The translations under genes and the position numbers were made by a program. The notes beneath the pieces were generated by a model, which saw only the letters and a list, made by a program, of their open reading frames with translations, did not search any database and was not told where the DNA came from. From contig JBFWLW010000003.1 in NCBI GenBank assembly GCA_050251945.1, forward strand, positions 224,001 to 288,000: a DNA stretch of 64,000 nucleotides. Reading direction: 5' to 3'. Position 1 is the first letter of the stretch; the number at the start of each line of letters is the position of its first letter. The stretch is from Deferribacterales bacterium. GTDB taxonomy: Bacteria > Chrysiogenota > Deferribacteres > Deferribacterales > Geovibrionaceae. Below are positions 51,910 to 61,315 of the stretch, one piece after another.

Positions 51910-53363
51910 TAAATTATCACCTCAAAATTTCCCAGATCCGCCGTCATTTCCTTTGCCGGATTCATGACCTGAAGATCCTGTTTATTGAATTTAAACCAGC
52001 GCACGGTTCCGTTATCGACTTGGATATCATTCATGTATTCAGAGATATCCTTTTCAGTTTTTATGGACACGGTATAGCTGTTTTGTACCTGTTTGATCAC
52101 TATGAGCGTTTCGCCCAGTTCGGTAAAACTAGTTGAAACGTAGACAGTATTGGAACCGTCGGCTCCTCTTTTGAGCTTGAACAGGGTATCGCCGACGTTT
52201 TCATCTTTTGTTTTGAGGAATGACATAACGCCGTCGGCTATCACAAGGTTGGTTATCTGCATCTTTGTGATGCCGTCTTTTGCCTGATTATCGCCTGTAA
52301 GCAGAGCTCGGAATTTTTCATCTCCGCCTAAATCGTGGTCGTTAAGCAGTTTGTTTTCAAAGGTGAGACCACTGTTTTTCAACGCATCTTTAAGTGTCTG
52401 ATGTGTCATATCCTCCATGCTGACACGGGTGAATTTGCCGAACGCCTGCATGAATTTTTCAATATCAAAGCCTGTAACCTGCTGTTTAACATACTGGGGA
52501 TTCAGATTTTCCACAGGGAGCTTTGCAAAAGTCAGGAGGATGGAATCAGGCTGTATCTTTGCTTCTGCTATGAGAGTTTTAAAAAGCTGAGGGTCAAGCT
52601 TGACCTCGAACAGAGTGTCCCTGACGCTGATGAGGGTTTTGCCGTTGTCCAGCATTTTTACGACATGAACCTCCATCGGCTCGCCGTCTGCAACGGGAAT
52701 GGAGTTCGGAGGGAGTTTTATTGCTGTCGTTGTATTGTTATCTATAACTGCAAGGGCAGTGCGGATGGCAGGTAACGGCAATGTTTGCTGAGCCTGCTTC
52801 TGACCGTCTGCCTGCGGGATGATGGTTTCGGCTTTTTGAGGCAGAACGCGCACGTCCTTAACGATCGCTGTTCCTACCTGCTGTCTTGTTTCCTGCCGGA
52901 GCTGTGCTGACTGGGGTGCAGGCTGCTGCGACGCATTTTGCTGAGGCAGAGTCTTTGTTTGCGGCAGAACCTGAAGTTCTGGTTTTAGCACAGTCTGCTG
53001 CTGAGGAGCCGGATTGTTTTGCTGCGGCTGGCTTTGGGTTTGTAGCGGCTGCTTGGAGAAGGTATCCTGCTGTTGGGCAGACGGCTGGGTAAAAGTTGTA
53101 GCGGCTTTTTCTAAAAGCGGGGGAAAGAATTTGAACTGTGCCGTGCCGTTGGCACCTTTTGTGACCACAGCCTGAAAGTTTTTGGAAGATGGCTCAAAGT
53201 CAAGCTCTGCTGACACGGTCTTACCTTTCACCGACAGAAGGAATCCGCCTGCGCGAAGACGTTTCAGCACCTCAACTTTTGTTTCCTCGCCCTCTTTAAG
53301 GGTTACCTCCTGCTCTTGTCCATCCTGCGTGGAGACCGGAACAGTTTGTTTTGTTATTTCCAT
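51909..53363 (-). CDS. Gln/Pro-rich protein, possibly FliK-like hook-length control
   Basis: Long Q/P-rich linker, KNSGLTFENKL motif, compact beta-rich C-terminus. Confidence 0.5.
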   Translation of the reverse strand: MEITKQTVPVSTQDGQEQEVTLKEGEETKVEVLKRLRAGGFLLSVKGKTVSAELDFEPSSKNFQAVVTKGANGTAQFKFFPPLLEKAATTFTQPSAQQQDTFSKQPLQTQSQPQQNNPAPQQQTVLKPELQVLPQTKTLPQQNASQQPAPQSAQLRQETRQQVGTAIVKDVRVLPQKAETIIPQADGQKQAQQTLPLPAIRTALAVIDNNTTTAIKLPPNSIPVADGEPMEVHVVKMLDNGKTLISVRDTLFEVKLDPQLFKTLIAEAKIQPDSILLTFAKLPVENLNPQYVKQQVTGFDIEKFMQAFGKFTRVSMEDMTHQTLKDALKNSGLTFENKLLNDHDLGGDEKFRALLTGDNQAKDGITKMQITNLVIADGVMSFLKTKDENVGDTLFKLKRGADGSNTVYVSTSFTELGETLIVIKQVQNSYTVSIKTEKDISEYMNDIQVDNGTVRWFKFNKQDLQVMNPAKEMTADLGNFEVII

Positions 53364-53364
53364 A

Positions 53365-53856
53365 TCAGCTTATATCCAGTTTTCGGACGATCTGTACTTC
53401 TGTTGTGGATATGCCGAGTCTTGATGCGATCTCGGTATCCTGCAGACCGGAGCGGATAAGCTCTGCGATCTTGTCCCGCATTGTAAGCGGTTCATGGGAG
53501 AATTGCGGTTCCGACAATGCCGCCTGTCTCTGCTGCATTGCGAAATACTGCTTCAGGACAGCTTTTTCCTCCGGAGCCTTTATAGACTCAAGCCGCTTTA
53601 ATTTATCTTCGGCAAGAGTTGAAATATCTTCAAGAAGTTCTTCTTTCTTTGCTATGGCGTCTTCAAGTTTGTCTGCAACGCGTTCTGATTCGATAACGAG
53701 TTCCCGCAGTTCCTCCATGAAAGGGTAGAGGTCTTTGGGACTGACGTCCGCCAGACGTTTCTGGATGTTATGTATTTTTGTGAAAGCTATAAGGAGCATG
53801 ATGAACATAACGCATATAAGGAAAAATGCGAGGCTGATAAGCGTTGTTTCAGACAT
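53365..53856 (-). CDS. Membrane-anchored coiled-coil protein with C-terminal HTH-like motif
   Basis: N-terminal TM, coiled coil, EIASRLGISTTEVQIV. Confidence 0.7.
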   Translation of the reverse strand: MSETTLISLAFFLICVMFIMLLIAFTKIHNIQKRLADVSPKDLYPFMEELRELVIESERVADKLEDAIAKKEELLEDISTLAEDKLKRLESIKAPEEKAVLKQYFAMQQRQAALSEPQFSHEPLTMRDKIAELIRSGLQDTEIASRLGISTTEVQIVRKLDIS

Positions 53857-54634
53857 TTGCCCTGATCCTTTTAAGTTTTTCCCTCTCTTTCTCAAAGACG
53901 AAATGTACCATTCCGTCTCTTGATATCTCGTCCAGATGCACAAATTCCGATATCACTATCACGCCTTGGGGGGCTTTGATAACCTCTTTCGCTTTGCAAA
54001 GGGCGGCAAAAATAAAGTTGGATGTGTATTTCGGAGTGGACTGAATGAAAAAATGGTCACCCGCGGATGCGCTGCCGGAAGTGAAATAAAGTCCTCCGCC
54101 GCTCATGGCGAGAAGTTTACATTCCTCAAGCCCGTCAATGTTTCCGTCCATCTTGTGTGCCAGCAGCTCGTCGAGCTTTCCGTCTATCTGAAGCAGAAGC
54201 CTGAAGAGGAACTGATTTGTAAGAGTCTCATCGGAAAGAACGTTTTTTATCTGTGTGGTGAGGCTGTTTCTGAATCGCCTGTTAATATTGTCAGTTTTCT
54301 GTTTGAAATCAGCTATCTCCGATTCCTGCACACGGCGAAACTCCACTGTTTCATAGGTATCTATGATGTGGAACTGTTCAGCTTCATCCGTCTGCACGCC
54401 GGAAACAGGAGAAAGAGCCAGTCTGCCGTTCTGAAAGTTTTTAAACGAACATACCGCAGAATGCAGTATATTGGTTTCATACCATTCAAAGCGCATATAG
54501 AGCGCATTTTGTGCATCCTCTTCGCTCAGCCCTGTCGGGATCACCACGAAAGATGCCGGATTTTCACTCCGGCATTGAATAACCTGAACTTTGTCAGAAC
54601 AAATAACAATCAATTTACATATCTGCATTATCAC
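53849..54634 (-). CDS. PilZ-like domain protein
   Basis: IDGKLDELL, AMSGGGLYF and C-terminal F...RD...FVFEKERE pattern. Confidence 0.6.
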   Translation of the reverse strand: MIMQICKLIVICSDKVQVIQCRSENPASFVVIPTGLSEEDAQNALYMRFEWYETNILHSAVCSFKNFQNGRLALSPVSGVQTDEAEQFHIIDTYETVEFRRVQESEIADFKQKTDNINRRFRNSLTTQIKNVLSDETLTNQFLFRLLLQIDGKLDELLAHKMDGNIDGLEECKLLAMSGGGLYFTSGSASAGDHFFIQSTPKYTSNFIFAALCKAKEVIKAPQGVIVISEFVHLDEISRDGMVHFVFEKEREKLKRIRANV

Positions 54635-54920
54635 GCTTCCAGATCAATTATGTGCCCCGTGTCCTTCACAAGTCTTCTTGCGACCTGTTTCTGGCGCTCA
54701 CGGTTCTTTTTTTGCTCCTGTTCCTGTTTTTTTCTCTCTTCATCGCCGATGGTCTTGCCTTCGGGTTTATCCGCCTGATTAACAGATTCAGCCTTGTGCT
54801 TAAATTCGTTCTGCTGTTCATGGGTCACAGCCATAGCCTTGTTGTCAGCGTTTCTCTGCTGCACGTCCTGAATCTTTTCGGCAACCAGTGTGTGTTGAAC
54901 CTCAATGGGACCTATCCCAT
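54631..54920 (-). CDS. Small charged hypothetical protein; apparent 1-nt frameshift just after the ATG
   Basis: Frame open to ~54924, ends GHIIDLEA; the SD-preceded ATG at 54920 is out of frame. Confidence 0.55.
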
Positions 54921-54930
54921 GGCATTACCC

Positions 54931-55764
54931 TCAGATTTTTCTATAAATTATACCACCGCCGAAGTTTTCCATCCTGAACGCTTCCGATATTTTGTTAAGG
55001 GTTTCGGAGTGTCCGAGATAAAGCGCTCCGGGCATACCCAGAGATTTATGGAACAGGTCGATAACCTTCTGCTTTGCAGGGATATCGAAGTAAATAAGCA
55101 CGTTTCTGCAAAATATGATGTCGAGCCTTCCGACTTTTGCACTCATCATGGGGTTGAGCAGGTTGCCCTGAAAGAACTTTACCTTGTTCATGATGTTTGC
55201 GTCCAGCTTGAAAGCGAAACCGTCCTTCGTAAAATATTTATCCTGTATCATCGGCGGAACGCCTCTGAAGGATATCGTTCTGTAAAGACCTTTCTGGGCG
55301 ATATCAAGAACCTCGGTGTTTATATCCGTCGCCAGTATCTCAATATTCGCCTTTGCAAAAAGCCCTGCCTCGTTCAGAAGAATGGCGAGAGAATAGGGCT
55401 CCTCTCCGGATGAACATGCGGCGGACCATATGCGTATTGATCTTTTGCCGGCACTCAGCAGCTCCGGTATAGCGGTTTTGATCATGTGATCCATCTGCGC
55501 TCTTTCCCGCAGGAAATAGGTTTCGTTGATGGTCACCTGATTAAGCAGAATCTCCATCTCCTCCCGCTTCTTGGCATCGTATTTAAGGTAATAGATGTAA
55601 TCCTTAAAGCTGTTGAAGTTGAGTTCCTGTAGCCTTTTGGACAGTCTGTTCTCAAGAAGATACTTCTTGCTGTCCGCAAACGAGATAGCGGCATTCTTAT
55701 AGATTATGTCTTTAAGTTCCACAAACTCGTCGTCTTTAATTTTTATGGTTGCAGCAGTTATCAT
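54931..55764 (-). CDS. cheR: Chemotaxis methyltransferase CheR
   Basis: TINETYFLRE, WSAACSSGEEPYS, FCRNVLIYF and LGHSE motifs. Confidence 0.96.
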   Translation of the reverse strand: MITAATIKIKDDEFVELKDIIYKNAAISFADSKKYLLENRLSKRLQELNFNSFKDYIYYLKYDAKKREEMEILLNQVTINETYFLRERAQMDHMIKTAIPELLSAGKRSIRIWSAACSSGEEPYSLAILLNEAGLFAKANIEILATDINTEVLDIAQKGLYRTISFRGVPPMIQDKYFTKDGFAFKLDANIMNKVKFFQGNLLNPMMSAKVGRLDIIFCRNVLIYFDIPAKQKVIDLFHKSLGMPGALYLGHSETLNKISEAFRMENFGGGIIYRKI

Positions 55765-57179
55765 ATTTCTTCCAGTACAGCCTGTATCTTTTCTTTAACA
55801 TACTTGCTGTCGTCAGCAGCCAGTCTGGACATAAGCATGTCCCTGAAGCCGTCGGGTCTGATTTGCTCCAGAATCTCAAGAGCTTTGTAGCGCACAAGCC
55901 AGCTTGAATCGTTTTCAAAAAGGTTCAAAGCCGCTGCCTTCGCGTTCTCTTTGTTATCGTGGAACAGTGACGCAAGCACTTCTTTCCGGATATCCTCGTT
56001 ACCGTTGTCGAGGATTCCCATATAAAAATCGCTGAAATCACCGGGTATTTTGCCCAGCGCCTCTACGATGGCGAGTTTGACGTTCTCATCCACTTTGTCG
56101 TAGCTGTCGGTGAGCCTGTCCGCTTCGGATGCAGAGCATATCTCGCCGCAAGCTTTAACAGCGAAATAGCCTACCCAAGCGTCGTTGTCGGTGATGCGCG
56201 ACATGATATCCTCAAGCTTGTCCTTAGCTTTAATTTTTGCAAGCCCGCTTGCCGAAGCCTCGCGTATTTTGATGGACTTGCTGTCGAGCCCTTTGATAAG
56301 GATGTCGGATACCCCGCTCTTGTTGAAAGATGAGACCGCGCGTATCAGCACAGCTTTAACGTCGTCCTCATTTTCGTTATCCAGAGCGCCTTTAAGCAGT
56401 TCAAAACAGTTGTTGTCGTTTATGAGTGTCAGCGCCTGAATGGCGGCGGTGCGGATTATTTTGCTTGTGCTTGTGAGGAGTCTTCCGAGCCTTGCCGCAT
56501 CGGAATCGTCACTGAGCAGGGCTATGGACGCGGCGGCGGCTTCCGCCACCTCTTCATGTCCTGTTTCAAGCACGTCGTAAATTCTTTCTTTGCTGCTGGA
56601 ATCGCCGAACCAGCCGAGAACAAGAACGGACGCCTGAACTATGAGCGGAATTTCGCTGTCAAGTTCCTGTTTGATGCGTTCTTCGGCACTGTAATCGTGC
56701 GCCTTTCCCATGGTGAGGATGGCATAAAATTTAAGTTCGGGTTCGGGCATCTCCAATATTTTAAGGAGTTTCGCGCGGAATTCGTCTGAATATGATGCCG
56801 CTATAAAGTCTGAAACTCTGTCTGCATAATCAGGCTGAAAGAATTTTTCCACCAGCTCGTCGGATGTGTATGATGAGAAGTCCTCTTCGATATTAAAGTA
56901 GGAGGTAAGGTTCGCCATTTCCATGACCTGATAAACGTTGTCACAAACGTTTGTAACGGCAAACTCGGCACCTATTTTGGCGGAGTTCTTTTTCATGGCT
57001 ATGAGAGCGGCGAGAGCCTTGCTCTGTATGTAGTAGCAGTTTTTCAGGTCGAGACTGATGCGCTTGATGTCTTTAAGGTTGACTATCTCGCGCGCTGCAT
57101 TTTCAAGATCGCTGTAGGGTGCGTCCTGTTCCACCAATATCTTGAGGAAATCACCGTAACGGGTGAATTTATAAGACAT
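55761..57179 (-). CDS. STAS plus HEAT-repeat protein
   Basis: LDLKNCYYIQSKAL STAS N-terminus followed by PBS-lyase-like HEAT repeats. Confidence 0.8.
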   Translation of the reverse strand: MSYKFTRYGDFLKILVEQDAPYSDLENAAREIVNLKDIKRISLDLKNCYYIQSKALAALIAMKKNSAKIGAEFAVTNVCDNVYQVMEMANLTSYFNIEEDFSSYTSDELVEKFFQPDYADRVSDFIAASYSDEFRAKLLKILEMPEPELKFYAILTMGKAHDYSAEERIKQELDSEIPLIVQASVLVLGWFGDSSSKERIYDVLETGHEEVAEAAAASIALLSDDSDAARLGRLLTSTSKIIRTAAIQALTLINDNNCFELLKGALDNENEDDVKAVLIRAVSSFNKSGVSDILIKGLDSKSIKIREASASGLAKIKAKDKLEDIMSRITDNDAWVGYFAVKACGEICSASEADRLTDSYDKVDENVKLAIVEALGKIPGDFSDFYMGILDNGNEDIRKEVLASLFHDNKENAKAAALNLFENDSSWLVRYKALEILEQIRPDGFRDMLMSRLAADDSKYVKEKIQAVLEEI

Positions 57180-57182
57180 ATG

Positions 57183-57503
57183 TTACCCCAGTGCTTGAGA
57201 TTGCGTATCGTAAATCTTAAATACTTTGTCCAGTCCTGTGAAGGTGAACATTTCGCGGATGTCTGCAGACATTTCGCACAGTTTCAGTTCTTTTTTAAGT
57301 TTATTAACACTTTTGAGCAGGTCGATGATCTCTCTGAGACCGGAGCTGTTCATATAAACAACGCCTTTAAAGGAGATCACAACAGAAGATGCAGAGTTAT
57401 AAAGGTCAAGAATACCCTTTTTAAGCTCGCTTCCTGTCTGTGCGTTCACTTCGCCTTTAACAAAAACAACTTTTTTCCCGCCGTTATCCTGTACGTCAAA
57501 CAT
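57183..57503 (-). CDS. STAS anti-sigma-factor antagonist
   Basis: VKGEVN, VYMNSSGL phospho-Ser motif, FTGLDKVF. Confidence 0.9.
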   Translation of the reverse strand: MFDVQDNGGKKVVFVKGEVNAQTGSELKKGILDLYNSASSVVISFKGVVYMNSSGLREIIDLLKSVNKLKKELKLCEMSADIREMFTFTGLDKVFKIYDTQSQALG

Positions 57504-57513
57504 CTGGATCCTC

Positions 57514-59088
57514 CTAAAGTTTTTTAAATGCCAATATGGTGATATCATCTTCAAAGGGGTGTCCCTGTGTAAATGCTCTGACATCCTCCATGATATTCTC
57601 TATCAGCTCGCTTACAGGCAGAGACGAGAACATCATGATCTTCGATATAAGCTGGTCGTACCCGTATTGCTCACGGCTGCGGTTCATAGCTTCGTTCAGA
57701 CCGTCTGTGTACATGAACACTATGTCGCCGCTGTCAAGAGTGAGCGTACCCTCTTCATATTCTACCATATCAAATGCTCCTAGGAACATTCCGTGGGCAG
57801 AAACTTTTTTAACCAGCATTTCGGACTTGTCATACAGCAGTAGGGGGTTGTGTCCCGCGCTTGCAAAATTGCAGACTCCCTTTGCAGAATCAAGAACAAG
57901 ATAGAACATTGTGACAAAGTCGTTGGTGTGGATATTGTCGCAGAGTATCTCGTTCACCATGGCAACAGCCTCGGAGGAAGATATGATGTCGTATGTGTAG
58001 GAACGCATTATGGCGCGGGTTATCGCCATGATAACGGATGCCGGTATGCCGTGGCCGGAAACGTCCGCCACGCCGAGACCCCAGTAGCCGTTACTCATTT
58101 CGATACAGTCGTAATAATCGCCGCCTGCATGTTCCGCAGGAGTGTAAAAGGCGCCGAAGTCGTATCCGGGTATCTCCGGCAGCTTTTCGGGAAGCAGACT
58201 CGCCTGAATCTGTCCCACCTGCATAAGTTCTTCATCTATTATCTTATGGGCCGTTTTCAGCTTATCGTTCATGCGCAGAAGGTCTTCGTTCAAAAGTGCC
58301 ATCTGGCGCTGTTTCTCCTGAAGTACACTCTGCTGGGTCTTTATCTCGTCTATAAGCTTCAGTTCTTTTGTTGTGTCCCTTAAAGATTCGACAATATACT
58401 TGTCAAAGTGGTTCATGGTGACCGTGAGCTTTTTTCCGTTTGCCTCTCGGAATGAGCGTACGTTTTTCGGGTCGAGAAGGGGACAGTCTTTGCATTGTTC
58501 CGTATAGCCGTATATCTCAAAGCATTTGATAGAAGTCATGCTTACGCCGTACAGCCCGCATGTCTCCTGCAGACTGGTGTTTGACATGTTGATGGTCAGA
58601 TCGGGGTTCACCACCATAACGCCGTCGTTGAGCGAGTTTATGGTCTTGAGGATAAAGCGGTGTTCCTTTTCCGTCTCTTTGCGTTTGAGGTTAAGGATAA
58701 TGTTGGACGCTTTAAGCTCTTTCGAGTGCCGGGTCAGCTTGTCTATGAGCTTTTTTGTGCTGGTGATGTCCGTAAGTATCTCCGCATATGTGCCTTCCTG
58801 CAGAGTTATGAATTTTGCAGAGAGCAGTTTGCGGAAACCCCTATGCGTGATGGTATCGTGTTCGATATCAATCGGGATCCTGTTTTCACGCAGTTTCTGG
58901 AGCTGACATTCTTTGCAGGGTTCCATTTTGTTGAAAATAACCATATGGCATTTCTTGCCGATCATTTTCTCCGGCGGCTTCCCCGTGATGTTTTTCACCT
59001 GAGGGCTGCAATACTGTATCTGGTATTTGTCGTTAATGACAAACACCACTTCGCTGATATAATTTAGTATCTCTTTTATGTATTCCAT
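57514..59088 (-). CDS. PAS-PAS-coiled-coil SpoIIE/RsbU-type PP2C phosphatase
   Basis: GGDYYD, ADVSGHG, SAGHNP, YTDGLNE and DDIT motifs. Confidence 0.92.
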   Translation of the reverse strand: MEYIKEILNYISEVVFVINDKYQIQYCSPQVKNITGKPPEKMIGKKCHMVIFNKMEPCKECQLQKLRENRIPIDIEHDTITHRGFRKLLSAKFITLQEGTYAEILTDITSTKKLIDKLTRHSKELKASNIILNLKRKETEKEHRFILKTINSLNDGVMVVNPDLTINMSNTSLQETCGLYGVSMTSIKCFEIYGYTEQCKDCPLLDPKNVRSFREANGKKLTVTMNHFDKYIVESLRDTTKELKLIDEIKTQQSVLQEKQRQMALLNEDLLRMNDKLKTAHKIIDEELMQVGQIQASLLPEKLPEIPGYDFGAFYTPAEHAGGDYYDCIEMSNGYWGLGVADVSGHGIPASVIMAITRAIMRSYTYDIISSSEAVAMVNEILCDNIHTNDFVTMFYLVLDSAKGVCNFASAGHNPLLLYDKSEMLVKKVSAHGMFLGAFDMVEYEEGTLTLDSGDIVFMYTDGLNEAMNRSREQYGYDQLISKIMMFSSLPVSELIENIMEDVRAFTQGHPFEDDITILAFKKL

Positions 59089-59204
59089 TTTGCCCTACGG
59101 TGCGTCCTTTATGAGCTAAGTAATTTAAAATTATGTAATTTTAAATTATAATCGTTAAAAAATCAAACAAATTGCATGTATACGAATATACCGGATCGGT
59201 ATTT

Positions 59205-60188
59205 TTACTTTTTTAACATCATTATACCGAAGAAAACCGCCATGAATACGATGATACCGATGGAGGTGTAAAGCAGCCTGTAGCTGAGGCTTTCCGCTTT
59301 ATCCATCTGTTCTTTATAGAATTCTTCCAGCTTAGCATCAATTTCTTTAAGGACATTGAGCTCTTTCTCTATCTTTTCACGGCAGTTGTTAAGTTCGTCT
59401 TCAGATTCCATCTCGACCAGAGCGCCTATATAGATAATCAGGCTCTCCTGAATATTATATATGGACTGTGCGAGATAGTCGAATCTTTCCGTGAACTTAT
59501 AGAATAAGGTTTTGCGCAGTTCCGGCAGAAGCTTAATCTGAACCCGCTTAAATCTGTCTTTGAGTTCCGGACTCATGTTGTTAATATCGTCAACACGATC
59601 CACATCGTTAAGTATCTGGCGGGTCATGACAAGGTAATGGTCGCACATATCAGAAAGGGTGCTTGTGTTCACGAACACCTTTTTACCTTTTGGGGGATTC
59701 TGTTTCAGATAGTTTCGTATCTGGAAAAAACCGGAAGCTATTTTAACCGTTTTCCGTTTTTTAACGGGTTTGACGGTCATCCGTTTCATGTCAAGTGCTT
59801 CCAGCGTTTCGATTATGTCGGCAGGCGTGAATATGTAGTGGTTTTTTCCGTCGAGAATATCGCGTGTGTCCGCATCAAGATTTGAGTTTGTGAAGAAAAA
59901 GAGTTTTGTCAGTCCTTCTTCGTTCATGGTGCGAAGAACGTCTGACGAAACGTATCTGTCAATATCTTCGCCGTTTCTGCCGATCTCTATCCAGACCATG
60001 GCGGATTCTTCGCTTTTTGATGAACGCCACAGTTCTATCCTGCGTTTTCCTTCATCGTCTTTAATGCTTCTGTGGACAGTGAAGGTGAAGTCATGCATGA
60101 CTTCGGTTACGTATTCATAAAACTTGTTGAGTTTTATGTTATAGAAATCCTGATAGGTTATTTTCTGTTCGCCGTTATCTTCGCTCAT
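59205..60188 (-). CDS. Hypothetical protein with degenerate Mrr-like domain, helical region and C-terminal TM
   Basis: 327-aa ORF with FFFTNSNL...IFTPADIIETL pattern and a hydrophobic C-terminus. Confidence 0.6.
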   Translation of the reverse strand: MSEDNGEQKITYQDFYNIKLNKFYEYVTEVMHDFTFTVHRSIKDDEGKRRIELWRSSKSEESAMVWIEIGRNGEDIDRYVSSDVLRTMNEEGLTKLFFFTNSNLDADTRDILDGKNHYIFTPADIIETLEALDMKRMTVKPVKKRKTVKIASGFFQIRNYLKQNPPKGKKVFVNTSTLSDMCDHYLVMTRQILNDVDRVDDINNMSPELKDRFKRVQIKLLPELRKTLFYKFTERFDYLAQSIYNIQESLIIYIGALVEMESEDELNNCREKIEKELNVLKEIDAKLEEFYKEQMDKAESLSYRLLYTSIGIIVFMAVFFGIMMLKK

Positions 60189-61074
60189 ATACCACTGCGC
60201 GTCTGTTTAGCGGCTGTCCCTGCGGTTTGTTAGGTGCGACAGGATATGCAGGTCCCATGCCCATCATTTTTATGGACGAGCCTGCCAGCCCGTTTGTAAG
60301 CATTTTTGATTTAATGAATGCTGCACGTTTATTTGAAAGCTCAATGTTGTCCTTATATTCGACATTGGGGATAACGCGGACGTCGTCCGTGTGTCCGACT
60401 ATCATATACTTTTTGTTTTTGCTGAGAGATTTAAGCATATTGATACTGTCCTGCGTGAGGTTTGTATTGAATTTGCCAAGATCAAAATACACAATGCCTA
60501 TTTCTTTAAGATCTTTGTCTCTTATGCCGTTGGAATCACATTCCTTTCCGTTCTTTTCAAAAACAGCCACGACGTATGTATCTTTTTTTACGTTTTTCAG
60601 TGAATAGCTATCGGAAACGTCAACCTGCTCGCCATTAACCACAAGTTTAACAAGTGTCTGGCATGGTGCCGGTTTAAGCTTAAAATCTACGTCGGCTCCG
60701 TCTTTAACGGAAAGTTTGCCTATGGGCTGAATGTCGCCTTCGCCGAGTTTCGTAACGCTGACCTCATGGTCGGAAGGCGCTGTTGTCTGTGCATCGGTGC
60801 CTCTGGAAGTATTTACGTTAGGAGTGTAGGGCGCTCCCGGTGCCGACTGTTCAATAGAGAGTATCTGCCAGCCATTCAGCGCGACGTTTTCACGGGCTTC
60901 CTCTTCATTCTCCGCCCAGACACGCATCTGAGTAGTCACGTTGGAATCTGGACGTGCAACTATGACCCGAAAGAATTTGCGATCATTAGCTGAGCTATCT
61001 CCACCATATAAAACGGCGGAAATTAGTATTAGGCTTAGAAAGCTTCGGAGAAAGGTCACGGTAATTATTTTCAT
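60175..61074 (-). CDS. OmpA-C/MotB-like peptidoglycan-binding exported protein
   Basis: VYFDLGK, VGHTD, NIELSNKRA and LNRRAVV motifs; N-terminal signal peptide. Confidence 0.88.
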   Translation of the reverse strand: MKIITVTFLRSFLSLILISAVLYGGDSSANDRKFFRVIVARPDSNVTTQMRVWAENEEEARENVALNGWQILSIEQSAPGAPYTPNVNTSRGTDAQTTAPSDHEVSVTKLGEGDIQPIGKLSVKDGADVDFKLKPAPCQTLVKLVVNGEQVDVSDSYSLKNVKKDTYVVAVFEKNGKECDSNGIRDKDLKEIGIVYFDLGKFNTNLTQDSINMLKSLSKNKKYMIVGHTDDVRVIPNVEYKDNIELSNKRAAFIKSKMLTNGLAGSSIKMMGMGPAYPVAPNKPQGQPLNRRAVVYERR

Positions 61075-61315
61075 TAAGTTTGTACTGTTTTGCTGCTGCT
61101 TCAAAGTCGTCACCTTTCACGACGTCAACGATAGTTAATTCGTAAATAATATCTTTTCCGCCGTAGTAGTGCAAGAATGCGGATGGTTGGAGTTTCGAGG
61201 CGGTCTGGAAACGTCTGGTTTCCGTGACCACCTCGTATATGTAAATCTTAGCCGTAGCGGTACGGCAAAATATTAATACTAAACTAAGAGTTAGAAGAGT
61301 TCGCCATAAGCTCAT
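60995..61315 (-). CDS. Small exported hypothetical protein
   Basis: Signal-peptide-like N-terminus; fills the cheA-ompA gap and overlaps both genes. Confidence 0.5.
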   Translation of the reverse strand: MSLWRTLLTLSLVLIFCRTATAKIYIYEVVTETRRFQTASKLQPSAFLHYYGGKDIIYELTIVDVVKGDDFEAAAKQYKLNENNYRDLSPKLSKPNTNFRRFIWWR

